Of a stretch of DNA of 64,000 nt, positions 1 through 10,716 are shown in pieces. This DNA is from an uncultured Nitrososphaeraceae archaeon (GTDB lineage: Archaea; Thermoproteota; Nitrososphaeria; Nitrososphaerales; Nitrososphaeraceae): contig CAWGVG010000014.1 of NCBI GenBank assembly GCA_963825865.1, positions 138,671 through 202,670 of the forward strand, read 5' to 3'. The number at the start of each line of letters is the position of its first letter. Position 1 is the first letter of the stretch. Under the pieces are notes generated by a model. That model worked only from the letters and a program-made list of their open reading frames with translations. It was not told the origin of the DNA and searched no databases. Position numbers and translations under genes: made by a program.

Positions 1-146
1 TGGGAGAGTAAATAGCAAATTTATCTTCTTTAAGTCCCGTGCAAATACTATAATATTTTCTTTTTTTGCTTTGCTAGAATCATCGACTATAATGTTTATC
101 AGAAATTCGAACCATAATAAAACAAAATAGGTGAAAATGAAAAGAT

Positions 147-485
147 ATGTCCAATGTATCAAGCGATCGGAACTATACTGACAGCACGCAGTCAGGAGTT
201 GGTGCAACATCGGAAAGAGTAGGAGACGCTACAGGGGAACCATCTACAAATGAGCCAACTAATAGAGTCACAGCATCTAAAATGGCAAATCTACTGGAGG
301 GTATACAATTCCCAGCAACCAAGGAAGATATCAAAAACCATATAAATAGAAAGTCTCCAGCCATGGGAAATAGAATTAATGATGTGTTTGAAGCTGTTCA
401 AAACAATCTTGAGGACGGAGTTAAATATAACAGTACTTATGCCATAGAACTGGCAGCTGGATTAGTAGAGAAAAAGAATGAATAA
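147..485 (+). CDS. DUF2795-like small protein
   Basis: LEGIQFPATKEDI...KYNS motif typical of DUF2795; low-complexity N-terminus. Confidence 0.7.
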   Translation: MSNVSSDRNYTDSTQSGVGATSERVGDATGEPSTNEPTNRVTASKMANLLEGIQFPATKEDIKNHINRKSPAMGNRINDVFEAVQNNLEDGVKYNSTYAIELAAGLVEKKNE

Positions 486-839
486 CTTTAATTCATCTTT
501 TAGTATATAGTGAATATTCGCTAATATGCAGTGGCTGTAGTCGTGAGCGATAATATTGCTTATTTTCCTACGTTCATTTTGATGCTCCCGGAATTTAATC
601 TACCAATGGATCCGTTGATTATTAACTATAATATATTTAAATTGGTAGATGATAGGAACACTGCAGTCTAAGATGAGTCTTTCTTAGTAACCCCAAACCG
701 TAAAACTACAAGGTTTATACCATCCAATACGCGAAGATATTCATTTACCTATTGATAGTATCATTAGTATATGTGGTGTGTAAGATTGTGGCCATCTAAC
801 AGCAAGAGGAACAAAAAGTTGATTGCACGACCATCCCAT

Positions 840-1484
840 TTAAGTATGGCTCCTAGGCCGATCGTTTTGGGGATACGGGTATTCCATTTGCCTGGCCGTG
901 GCCTGCCCAATCTCCTCCCCGAAAAAGTGGCTTACAATACGCAATGCTATGTCGATCCCAGCAGAAACACCTGCGGAGGTAAAGATCGGTTCCACCATAG
1001 TAAATAGAAGATCTTTACGTATTTTGGCCTTGGGTGCGGCCTCTCATAGGAAATCAAAGGCGCGCCAATGGGTAGTCGCTTCACGTCCATCCAACAATCC
1101 AGCTTTACCAAGGAGACTCGAACCGGTACACACGGAGGCTGTCAACTTAGTCTTAGAGGCGGCTCGAGCCGCAATCCACTTCAAGAGAGTATCATTCTTT
1201 ACTTCCTTACGCGTTCCCCAGCCACCGGGAACCATCAGCAAATCAAGATCTGGACAGCTATCAAATGTCACGTCGGGTGTCAAGCGTAGGCCACCAATGG
1301 CCAGGACTTGACCGAGTTTTTCTGACACCAATATCACTCTGAATGGTGATGGCTCTTCCCACCGGCGTTCTTCGTTCAAACAGGTTACGGAAAATACCTC
1401 AAAAGGTCCTGCAACGTCCAACACCTCAACCGGATCAAAGATTAAAATTCCGACTATCAGCGGCAGATCGTTGTTAGGCTTCAA
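840..1484 (-). pseudogene. DJ-1/PfpI family protein (InhA/ThiJ-like) with in-frame TGA
   Basis: EVLDVAGPFEVF, VPGG, SVCTG, ATTHW motifs; after TGA at 1044-1046 the same frame continues (EAAPKAKIRK...TSAGVSAGIDIAL...MEYPYP) to TAA at 840; GC-richer than flanks. Confidence 0.8.
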
Positions 1485-1717
1485 GGCAAAAACGAGCCAC
1501 TATCTGCAGTGATTTATCTCTTTATTTCCAAATCTACATTTAACATAACGGACTCATATAACAATCAAGCAAGAATAATACACCACATTGCCATGCTGCC
1601 AGAAAAATAGCCCTGATGGTGCTCCATTATATCACTAGTGATTTGAGCACAAAAATGTTGATAAAATAGCCGTCAGGGATGGAGGGTCGGGCTAATATAC
1701 TGCTATTTCTAAGATCT

Positions 1718-2143
1718 TCAAGTATCTGAAGGCATTATTTTGTTAATTTGATTTACCAAATCTTCATTTTCAATCGGCTTTGCGAGAAAATGCTCTTTGT
1801 CTATTTTGTCTCCTTTACAAAATGATTCTTTTCGAATTCCCTCATAATACATCTCACTTGCTGTTAAAAAACATACTTTTACTTTATTGTCTATCTCTTT
1901 CATTTTTTGATATAAATGAAAGCCATCCATTTCTGGCATTTTTATATCTAATAACACCAAGTCATACAAGCCAGCTTTAAAGCTCTTCAGTGCTATAGTA
2001 GGATCTTCAAACGAATTGGCTTCAAATCCGTTATCTTCCAAAACCATCTTTAGCACTGTACAAAGATCAGGTTCATCATCTACTATTAAGACTCTCTTCT
2101 TATTATTATAATTATTAATCTTATAATTTTTTATTCTAGTCAT
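1718..2143 (-). CDS. Response regulator receiver protein
   Basis: VLIVDDE, LLDIKMP, FLTA, AKP motifs. Confidence 0.92.
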   Translation of the reverse strand: MTRIKNYKINNYNNKKRVLIVDDEPDLCTVLKMVLEDNGFEANSFEDPTIALKSFKAGLYDLVLLDIKMPEMDGFHLYQKMKEIDNKVKVCFLTASEMYYEGIRKESFCKGDKIDKEHFLAKPIENEDLVNQINKIMPSDT

Positions 2144-2161
2144 GATTGATTTAGTACACCT

Positions 2162-3320
2162 TCACACTTGATTGTTATTGTGGGCGCTGTTTGTAATTGG
2201 CAAGGTAAAATAAAAAACAGATCCTTTCTTTACACCGTAAATATTATTTTCAGCCCATATCTTTCCACCATGGGCTTCTACAATATTTATAGAAATAAAC
2301 AATCCTAATCCTGTTCCTTGAAAAGATTTAGTAGCAAACTTTGTAAATAGTTTAGGAAAAATTTCTGGATCTATTCCTTGACCTGTATCACTTACAGTAA
2401 TAACAACAGCTTTTTGTATATCATCTTCTTCCTCATCCTTCTTTTGTACCTCTATAGATATTACCCCTCCCTCTTTCTTGGTGAATTTAATGGCATTATT
2501 TAATAGATTAGAAACAACCTGAGTAATTCTTTGCCTATCTGCGTCTACTATTATTACATCTTCATTGTTAATAGATTCAAACATTAATTTTATATTTATA
2601 TTATCTTTTGTAATTTGATTATTAAATTGTCTCACTGTATTGGATATTACATCAATAACATTGAATTGTTCTTTATTTAATTTAAGTGAATGGCTCTCTA
2701 TTTGTGTGATATCTAAAATATCTGATGAAAGACGTTTTAACCTTTCTGCACTCCTAGCAATCATATCTAATGAATTATCTAGCTCCTGTCCTTTGATGTT
2801 TTCCCTTTCGTGAACGAATAATTCCAACCGTACTAAGTATTGGTTGTATGGGAGTTCGCAGTTCATGAGCTGCTACATTAATAAACTCTTTCTGCATCTT
2901 GTCATGTACTTTAAGCTGTTCATTGGCTAATTCAAGTTGCATGTTTGCTTCTTTTACTTGTTCATATAATTCAGCTTGTCTCCAAAGGCTCTCAAAAATA
3001 GAAACATAAGATAAAACTCCTGGTCTGCTATTAGAATAGGTTGATAAACCTATTGCTTCGAAGAAAGTTGTTTTTGAATCATCCTTCAATTCCATCACTA
3101 AAGACGTTTTTCTATCTACTACTAAGATAGTAGCTTTAGTACCTGAAGATTCCTCAATATATCTAATGTCGATATTGCCACTATGATACTGATTCTTTCT
3201 CATTTTCAGCTGTTTTACTGAATGTTCAGTCACATTATGCGCAGGCATCAAAATTCTAACTACCAATGATAATTCCAAAATCCAACTTTTCCATAAACAT
3301 TGTATATAAGCGGAGACCAA
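2162..3320 (-). CDS. Sensor histidine kinase (HisKA + HATPase), frameshifted near 2800-2830, N-terminus degraded
   Basis: AAHELRTPIQPI H-box in ORF 2775-3320; NLLNNAIKF, DTGQGI, GTGLGL boxes in ORF 2162-2866. Confidence 0.88.
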
Positions 3321-3491
3321 GATATTTGCAATGAATCAAGAATCTGTGTTTGTGATTCTAAATAGTTTTCCTTATTTATTAGAATCTGAAATTGGTTCAT
3401 ACTTGAACGCTTGTTCGGGTAATCTGATACAGAGAATAGGTCTCCAAACCAAAAGTTTATCAGACTAAAAACACTATACAACTCGTAAAAA

Positions 3492-4091
3492 TTGCTTGAT
3501 AATAAAAAAGGAGAGCATGAAATGGTTTTAAATAAAAAAGTGGTATATGGCATAATAATAATTGTAGTTGTTGGATTTGCGGCTGTTTGGTTTGGTTTTA
3601 AGTTTGTTTTTGGTCTTTATAACCCGTTTTATGTCGTTGCAAGTGGAAGCATGATACCAAATCTCAATGTTGGAGATTTGGTAATTGTCAGAAATAACAC
3701 CATCAGTAGTAGTATAAATGACAATAACAATAACAATAACAACCCCTATTCATTTAATAACCTAAAGGTCGGTGACATCATAATTTTCAAATCACCTGGC
3801 ACAGATAATAATGGAGAACACCTAACCATTGTACATAGAATCGCAAAGATCGCAATAGATAAAAGAGATGGAGGTAGCAGAGTTATAAGAACAAAAGGTG
3901 ATGCCAATCCCAGTTCAATTCCATTTCTTGACTATCCTTTAAGAGAAGCAAATTACATTGGCAAAGTGGTATATGTTATTCCCAAAGTGGGATTGATAAC
4001 TCAACTGATTAGACCACCGATAAACTACATCATTATTGGATTTACAGTAATCGGCATGGTCTACTATCTCAGAAAAGCAACAAAAGGCTAA
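3492..4091 (+). CDS. Signal peptidase I (S26B/SEC11 type)
   Basis: N-terminal TM, VVASGSMIP (Ser), IVHRI (His), TKGDAN, C-terminal TM. Confidence 0.92.
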   Translation: MLDNKKGEHEMVLNKKVVYGIIIIVVVGFAAVWFGFKFVFGLYNPFYVVASGSMIPNLNVGDLVIVRNNTISSSINDNNNNNNNPYSFNNLKVGDIIIFKSPGTDNNGEHLTIVHRIAKIAIDKRDGGSRVIRTKGDANPSSIPFLDYPLREANYIGKVVYVIPKVGLITQLIRPPINYIIIGFTVIGMVYYLRKATKG

Positions 4092-5002
4092 AACGAAAAA
4101 GGTACTGCAGTAGAGGTTTGGACTTTAGTAGATGCTAAAAACAGAGTGGAAAAAGGAACGGCTATTGTTATTGATCAATTAAACGTAATACCAGATTATC
4201 GGCCATTGGTTTGACCTAAAATCTAACAAAACCAGGATTATTTGCCTCAAGTAAATATGCAATAATTAGCTTGGACCAAGGTTCACATTTGGCTTTCCGA
4301 AATCATTCAGATGATGATTGTGAAAATGCTTTTGGGAAGTTACGAATCACAAATCTTTGGGTATGTGATAAATAATTAAAATGCTTACTAAAATAAATTG
4401 TCATAGTTCAGAATTTTTTAATCTGCTGTTCAACAATATTAAGGCTCAAAAGGAACGCTAGCGAAGATAGTATCTTCAAAGACCTAGCAGTTAATACAGC
4501 GGTGCGGTAGTACTTGTAGCTGAAGTACTATACAAATACAAAGAAAGCTTTGCAGACAGAATAATAGACAATTACACGGAAATGATTGATGAGCTTTAAA
4601 ATTCATTTTATAAAATGGACTATCACATAATTAAAAAGGTTTTTTTAAAGTAAAGGAAATTGCCTAATATAAAGGGGTTACAAAAGATACATAACATCCT
4701 AGTGCATTATTGTATAAATTGTATGTCTTTGTTTACATAACAACAATAATAATAAGCAAAAGGATGGAATCAGACCCAAGTTTAACCCATTGTTATATCA
4801 TTTCAATATATGGCTTGTAGATAAACGGGTCTATAAAACGGAAAAATAGGAGAATTAAATATGATCATCAACACAATACAACATCAATTTTTAATCGAAA
4901 TTCTGCTGGTTTTGTGAAACCATATCCTATTAATAGAGTAATAGTATTATAAATGTTACTAGTAATATATATCATACTTATTTTTCTTTAGCATGCAGAG
5001 AC

Positions 5003-5233
5003 ATCATTGGTTTAAAAACACATGATGCTTTGAATGCAATTAGCAGCTGGTTGGATAAATGTAGGCAATTAAAGCGAATAGGTTCAAACTGGCAATAACA
5101 AAATATATGTTAAAAGAGTTCAATTAGAAATGGCCGTAGACCTCTAAAGTTTGATGCATTGAAGCTGAAAAATAAGGTACTATATGATTTGTTAAATGAT
5201 AAAAAAATTGAAGTATTAAGAGTAAATAAGTGA
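5003..5233 (+). pseudogene. Remnant of PriX-like primase C-terminal domain
   Basis: Broken frames read HDALNAISSWLDKCRQLKR...IRNGRRPLKFDALKLKNKVLYDLL; resembles the fragment at 62942-63110. Confidence 0.5.
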
Positions 5234-5408
5234 GCACAACAAGGATAAATTACAACCCAAACTGATGGCTCTTAAAAAAATAGATGATCTAAATTATGCA
5301 ATCAGGAATGGCTCATACAAAGTTAATTATACTGAACTTGGTTCGGCTTGCTCATAGGCCTATCATAGACTTGGAATGTGTATAAACTACAGGCACACAC
5401 TTTGTCCA

Positions 5409-6772
5409 TTATGTTTTAGTCGTATTAATTATCCTATTATCTCTAAAGATATTATCCATTGATTTTGAATCATTATCAAACACTATTGCTCTAGCGGTGG
5501 TAGTATTGTTCAATACTATTGTATTTGAGTATAATATATTTCCATGAGCACCTGTCTTGATACTTGTAGCATTTGTAGAATTGATAATAGAATTTCGATA
5601 TACCTTATTAGCCGAGGAGGCATTTAGTAAAGTAATTCCAAGATTACTATTTGAGATAGAATTATTGTATATTTCATTATTATGTGATTGTGAAACAAGG
5701 ATAGCTCTACTCTGGTCGTGCAAATGATTGTCCCTGGCAATAGAGTTAGTCATATTTCTGCTAAATGCTATCCCAGACCCTGTATTATTATAAACTACAT
5801 TTTTCTCAATAAGTATATTGTAGCAATCCAATGAACAGATTATAGCTGTACCATTGTTGCCATATACAGTATTATTTCTAATTACCATATCATGAGTTCC
5901 TGTATGCGGATCTATGCCATAATGACCCATATCGTGAACTTTATTGTTTTCAATGACCATGCCCCCTACACCAACTGAATAAAAGCCAAAATATAGGTGG
6001 TGTATATCATTATTCCTTATTACGCTACCATGCCCAGCAAGATGATAATGAAGCCCAGATGTTCCTGAACCCCATCCTCCTTCATATCCTAAATATGCAA
6101 TCTCTGAGTTTGTGATATTTGTAGTACCTGTTCCTAGTCTTTCTACTCTAATATATGGTCTAGGAGCTCCTACATGAACTATTTTTCCGGAACTTTCTCT
6201 TAATCCATGACTTTCAACATAATCATTTGTTTCTGGATTCCAGGAAGTTACTTTTACTGAATCTATCTTCATACTACCATAGACATGTATGCCATATGCA
6301 AGAGTGTTGCCATCTGAAATTATTTTTAGCCATTTGGTATCTTTGGAATCGATATTTAATGTAGATCCAGGTTGTATGGTCACATTTGCATTTAACAACC
6401 ATACTCCATATTATTATTATTATTATCGGGATCTTTGTACAAAGCCTTATTTTCAGCTCCTCCGAGCTGTTCATATATATCAGTTAGGCTTACAGGAGAT
6501 TTGCATGACACCGTGATTGTGAGAGTTGCTGCATCATAGGCTATACACCCTGATTCCGGTAATCCATATGCTGTTTGTATTTGCTCATTTGATGGTATTG
6601 AAAAACTTGGAAAGGCAAATGTCGAAAGTATCAGTACAATAGCAGTAGTAATACCTGCGTAGCGTACTATAATCGAATGTTTGGCAATATATGTGTAGTA
6701 AATTTTTTTTCTAATTCTATTCGTTCCCGTTTGAATATTGTTACTTGAAAGGCTATGATGGGGATGAAACAA
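5409..6772 (-). CDS. Secreted right-handed parallel beta-helix protein (AlgG/pectin-lyase-like), frameshift near 6395
   Basis: Signal/TM segment and N-terminal Cys pair in ORF 6392-6772; repeated (I/V)xNNx(I/V) beta-helix units and YGIDPHT in ORF 5409-6398. Confidence 0.8.
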
Positions 6773-7151
6773 GCTAACTTTGATAATTAGAAAATACAGA
6801 CATTTACACTTTACTACATTTTTGAAGTTTTTACATAGTAGTCAAAACATATCAAATGAAGACAATATTCAAAGGATCAATAACTGAATTATGCGGCCAC
6901 TTGATCTTTTGATTGCTCCTCCTTCCTTTTCCAAAGGTTTTGTTTTTTTTTGTCAAATCCTGGCGTTTTTTTGGCGCCATATTAGGGCTATTATTATTGT
7001 TAGCTTTTCATATGCTATATCATAGATAGATGGATAATAAGTAACATATATGCTATCTAAAAATCAACTATGAGATGAAAAATGATGATGCGTTGCTTTT
7101 TAACATAATTTTTATAATTTATGAAGGAATGAATAAGAACCAAAACTAAGA

Positions 7152-7460
7152 ATGATAGGGAATGCTCTGAGTAATAATGATAATGATATGACCGCTGATA
7201 ACGATGATAATGAATTCACATATCTATTCAATGGCCAAAGTATAGATGGCTGGCATATGGCAGGTCCAGGTAAATTCGTATTTCTTGAAGATGATAAATC
7301 ATTACAATCAGAAGGACGAATGGGATTACTATGGTATGCAAAAAAGAAATACAACGACTTTGTACTAAAGATTGATTGGAAAGTTAATCGTAGAAATGAC
7401 AATTCCGGCGTATTTATCAGATTCTCAGATCCAGATAATGATCCTTGGATTGCATTTTAG
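7152..7460 (+). pseudogene. DUF1080 (3-keto-disaccharide hydrolase-like) N-terminal fragment
   Basis: LFNGQSIDGW, GLLWY, DFVLKIDWK, NSGVFIR motifs; stops before the C-terminal half. Confidence 0.7.
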
Positions 7461-7532
7461 AAAAAAATTTATACAAAAAATTGAATAATTGTCTTTAACC
7501 CTTCATCACTGGCGGCGCAATCACTACTACTA

Positions 7533-7760
7533 CTAGTATGCGTGATATTCTTGCTTATGCTGCCTTAATTCTTTTGATGTCCAAAACAGATTATCACATT
7601 TTTCGCATTTCCAATGGTGTATGTTTGGCTGCTCATATGTACCAGCGTAAGTTTCTCTAGTGTTTTTATAGAATCCTGTTTTATTATTATAGTTAACGTA
7701 AGTATAGTTGAGTTTGTACTTATTAAAACCTCTACGCTCATCTTGTGATATTACTTTCAT
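7533..7760 (-). CDS. Small C2H2 zinc-finger protein
   Basis: C-terminal CEKC-x3-F-x5-L-x2-H-x4-H. Confidence 0.7.
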   Translation of the reverse strand: MKVISQDERRGFNKYKLNYTYVNYNNKTGFYKNTRETYAGTYEQPNIHHWKCEKCDNLFWTSKELRQHKQEYHAY

Positions 7761-7765
7761 TTTGG

Positions 7766-8014
7766 CTACCTTTGTATAATATTATCACTATAGCAGATTT
7801 TATAATCATGAATGAAGCTTTGTTTTATATCATCAGTAAGGTCCTCAAGTTTTTGACTATCTTTTGATTCACTTTTATTATCATTGCTACTGCTACTTTT
7901 TTCAATTCCAAGCGAATCTAGTTCATTTATCCACCAACTAACCTTTTTAGACTGTTCATTATCATTGACACCGTTGGCGAGCTTTTTGTTATTTATCATT
8001 TTTTTCTCACTCAC
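7766..8014 (-). CDS. Hypothetical protein
   Basis: 82-aa ORF co-oriented and 5 bp from the zinc-finger ORF. Confidence 0.45.
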   Translation of the reverse strand: MSEKKMINNKKLANGVNDNEQSKKVSWWINELDSLGIEKSSSSNDNKSESKDSQKLEDLTDDIKQSFIHDYKICYSDNIIQR

Positions 8015-8019
8015 TCTAA

Positions 8020-8211
8020 TTATGGGGATGTGGATTGTCCTGCCGCTTGAATCTGGCTAGGATACCAGCCATTACTATCGTTAGAGTAGTTGGTATTACA
8101 AGTAATATTAGTATTATCAATTGTTGTTTGTTTGTTTTCATTTTCATTGCTATCATTTTTCTCCTTTTTGTCACTTAATCTAATAGAGATATACACTCCA
8201 TCTAAATCCAC
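8020..8211 (-). CDS. Hypothetical protein
   Basis: Short Asn-rich ORF, tightly spaced with downstream ORFs. Confidence 0.3.
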   Translation of the reverse strand: MDLDGVYISIRLSDKKEKNDSNENENKQTTIDNTNITCNTNYSNDSNGWYPSQIQAAGQSTSP

Positions 8212-8524
8212 TCTGCGCGGTAGCCAATTCTATAGCCATAAACAAAATTTATGTGAATGTCTAAAACCAAAATGGTCATTAAAGAACCCACCATTAAGGG
8301 AATTGGAACATGTAGCAGCGGCGTGACGTGCCACTTTGCTCTCTATATATATTATATATACACATCGTTGTACATAGGCATTCCGAAACAACAAACTGAC
8401 TGTTGATACCATTATACTAACAATAGTTATACATTTTATTTATTATCATTAGTTGTGATGAATGATACCATCAATTGTTAGATGAATTAATTACACCCCA
8501 TTAGATATATTCAATATTTAAGCG

Positions 8525-8600
8525 AAATAAATAAGCACTAAATTATATTAAATAAATCAGCATTAACTTACTCAAGTCAAATATACAGATGACATCATAC
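8525..8600 (+). promoter_or_regulatory. Conserved upstream element, cassette 1 (AAATAA-TCAGC-type boxes at 8525 and 8550 plus TATA-like CAAGTCAAATATAC)
   Basis: Near-identical to 10623-10695 and similar to 9619-9730. Confidence 0.7.
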
Positions 8601-8619
8601 TGATAGTGACGAAATCTAC

Positions 8620-8880
8620 ATGAACAACACAACAACTCTAGCAATAGTTGCTATCTTAATCGCAGCAACACTAGTAGTAGGAGGAGTAACAACATTCGCA
8701 GCACCAACAACAACGCGAGCTGAAACTGAGTCAGAGAATAGCTCTACAATATGTATAAACGATCAACCATGCCAGAGTACAGTGTAGAATTCAAATACTA
8801 CTGATTCACAAAACATAAATCACAATAGAATCCATATGTCTATAACATGTGTAAACGATGAGCCATGCAAGACTAGCTGA
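8620..8880 (+). CDS. Secreted micro-protein, cassette 1 (shared leader, two CxNDxPC repeats, in-frame TAG at 8785)
   Basis: MNNTTTLAIVAILIAATLVVGG...ICINDQPCQSTV*...ITCVNDEPCKTS; leader paralogous to 9751 and 10717; absent from the ORF track. Confidence 0.6.
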
Positions 8881-9125
8881 TAACAAAGATTAAAGAAAAA
8901 GACAATGGAAATGGTGACGGTAATAATAATACTACGGCCCAGCGTCATCTGGACCATTGGAAAGTTATCGTCAAATACTAATCAATCACCAACAGGATAA
9001 ACAAAAAATATATTCACCGCTTAAAAGTGGAGTAGATGCAGTAACATACATTATAATTATAGATCTGTTCATTTTAGCCAAGAATGTAGTTAAATATACG
9101 ATCTGTGGCTATACTCCACTGCTTT

Positions 9126-9320
9126 TTAGGGAAAAGGTAGAATGAAAGGTGTTTTATCAGGTTGTATAGAATACTGAAGACCTTGATGCACGCAAGTTGG
9201 ATCAATAATACTATCACATCTGTACTCAAAAGCACTTGCTTGTTGTTGCAAAAATACCATAGTAAAGGTTCCTCCTCCCATTAGTATTACTGTTGTTGCT
9301 GCTGCCAGGGATACTAGCAT
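9126..9320 (-). CDS. Small secreted protein with Cys pair and C-terminal TPFILPFP
   Basis: Hydrophobic leader ending QQQASA; C-x7-C; terminal PFILPFP. Confidence 0.6.
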   Translation of the reverse strand: MLVSLAAATTVILMGGGTFTMVFLQQQASAFEYRCDSIIDPTCVHQGLQYSIQPDKTPFILPFP

Positions 9321-9618
9321 TATTATTGTGATAATAATATGGTCCTCTCTAACATTATACCATTATTAGAATATATGGGATTAGGTAATTATGATTGTTT
9401 TTTCTTTACTAAGTTATTTCTAAAATATCTGCTATTATTATTATAAATGCGTGTGTATTTCACTTGAGATTTGCGATGAATATTATTATTATTTTCATGT
9501 TGAGTTTTCAATTTTAATAATATATTATTTTCTTATTGTAACCTTTTCAAAACATTGTATTACTATTAATAGATATATAAATAAGTTCTAATCGTTTAGT
9601 AACGTTAATAATTATACC

Positions 9619-9730
9619 AAATAAGTCTGCAACAAATTAGAATAAATAAATCATAATTACATTATACTAAATAAGTCAGTAATAACAAACAGTAGTAACT
9701 ACCTCAAGTCAAATATATAGACGACATTGT
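9619..9730 (+). promoter_or_regulatory. Conserved upstream element, cassette 2 (boxes at 9619, 9644, 9669)
   Basis: AAATAAGTCTGC / AAATAAATCATA / AAATAAGTCAGT at 25-bp period, then CAAGTCAAATATATAG. Confidence 0.7.
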
Positions 9731-9750
9731 ACTGATTGATGACGAATATT

Positions 9751-10023
9751 ATGACCAACACAAGAACTCTAGCAATAGTTGCTGTCTTAACAGCGGCAAC
9801 ATTAGTAGTAGGAGTAACGTTCGCAGCAACATCAGCACACTCTGCATTTGCTTACAAGAAAAGAGGAGACAAGGAAAGAGATAATGGTGACGGTAACACA
9901 ATTACCGCGCAGATAAATGCACAAAAAGGGTATGTAAGTGGGTATGATAACTCACTAGAACAAGAAGCATCAAATGTTATCTGCACTCATCCGCATGACG
10001 AGTGTGTAAGTGAAGGCGACTAG
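9751..10023 (+). CDS. Secreted micro-protein, cassette 2
   Basis: Sec-type leader ending SAFA; C-terminal GNTITAQ...VSGYDNSLEQEASNVICTHPHDECVSEG conserved with cassette 3. Confidence 0.75.
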   Translation: MTNTRTLAIVAVLTAATLVVGVTFAATSAHSAFAYKKRGDKERDNGDGNTITAQINAQKGYVSGYDNSLEQEASNVICTHPHDECVSEGD

Positions 10024-10052
10024 AATAGCAGCTGTAGTTGCTACTACGTGGT

Positions 10053-10098
10053 AAGGTAGTTCTTTATTACTACTACCATAGCCTTTTTTCTTTTTTTG
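10053..10098 (+). terminator. Putative terminator (GGTAGT...ACTACC hairpin plus oligo-T)
   Basis: Same element found after cassette 3 at 11157-11202. Confidence 0.6.
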
Positions 10099-10157
10099 TT
10101 TCTACACAAAATAAAAACTTTCTGCAAATAGCCTTTTGTTGTATTTGACTTAACACA

Positions 10158-10358
10158 CTATCTGTTTTTACTGCTACTACTAGCAATGTATCCTTCAATC
10201 GCCCTCCGAATATACCTACTCCTAGGAATATCTCCACTCTTATTATCGATTTTCTGTATTATTGATTTAGGTAAAGTGATTCCTAATTTTACAGTCATAT
10301 CCATTGTAGCAGTGGCGATAGTACTACTTGTCATACTAGTATAATGTACTACACACAT
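10158..10358 (-). CDS. Ribbon-helix-helix (CopG-like) regulator
   Basis: VKLGITLPKSIIQKID...IPRSRYIRRAIEGY; true start probably MDMTVK. Confidence 0.75.
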   Translation of the reverse strand: MCVVHYTSMTSSTIATATMDMTVKLGITLPKSIIQKIDNKSGDIPRSRYIRRAIEGYIASSSSKNR

Positions 10359-10622
10359 AGCTAAAAGGTTTTTGATAGCAGATTGTTTAAGATTATTATG
10401 GTATTATATTGTGTATATTGATTAACTTTTTTTTGTATGCAGTAGAACAATATATCTATTAAATTAAAACGCACAATTGCTTCAGAATTACACATGAATA
10501 CAATTATTTTCTAAAATTACAATCTTTATACTCTATTACATAGTAGTAACAGATTGCCATAAAACACCAATAATAGCTAAATGAATAACTACACTTGATT
10601 TTATAACCTGAATAGTTATACG

Positions 10623-10695
10623 AAATAAGTCAGCATTATATCATATTAAATAAATCAGCATTAACTTACTCAAGTAAAATATACAGATGACATTG
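10623..10695 (+). promoter_or_regulatory. Conserved upstream element, cassette 3 (boxes at 10623 and 10648)
   Basis: AAATAAGTCAGCATT and AAATAAATCAGCATT 25 bp apart, then CAAGTAAAATATACAG. Confidence 0.7.
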
Positions 10696-10716
10696 TAATG
10701 CTTGTGACGAAAATTT

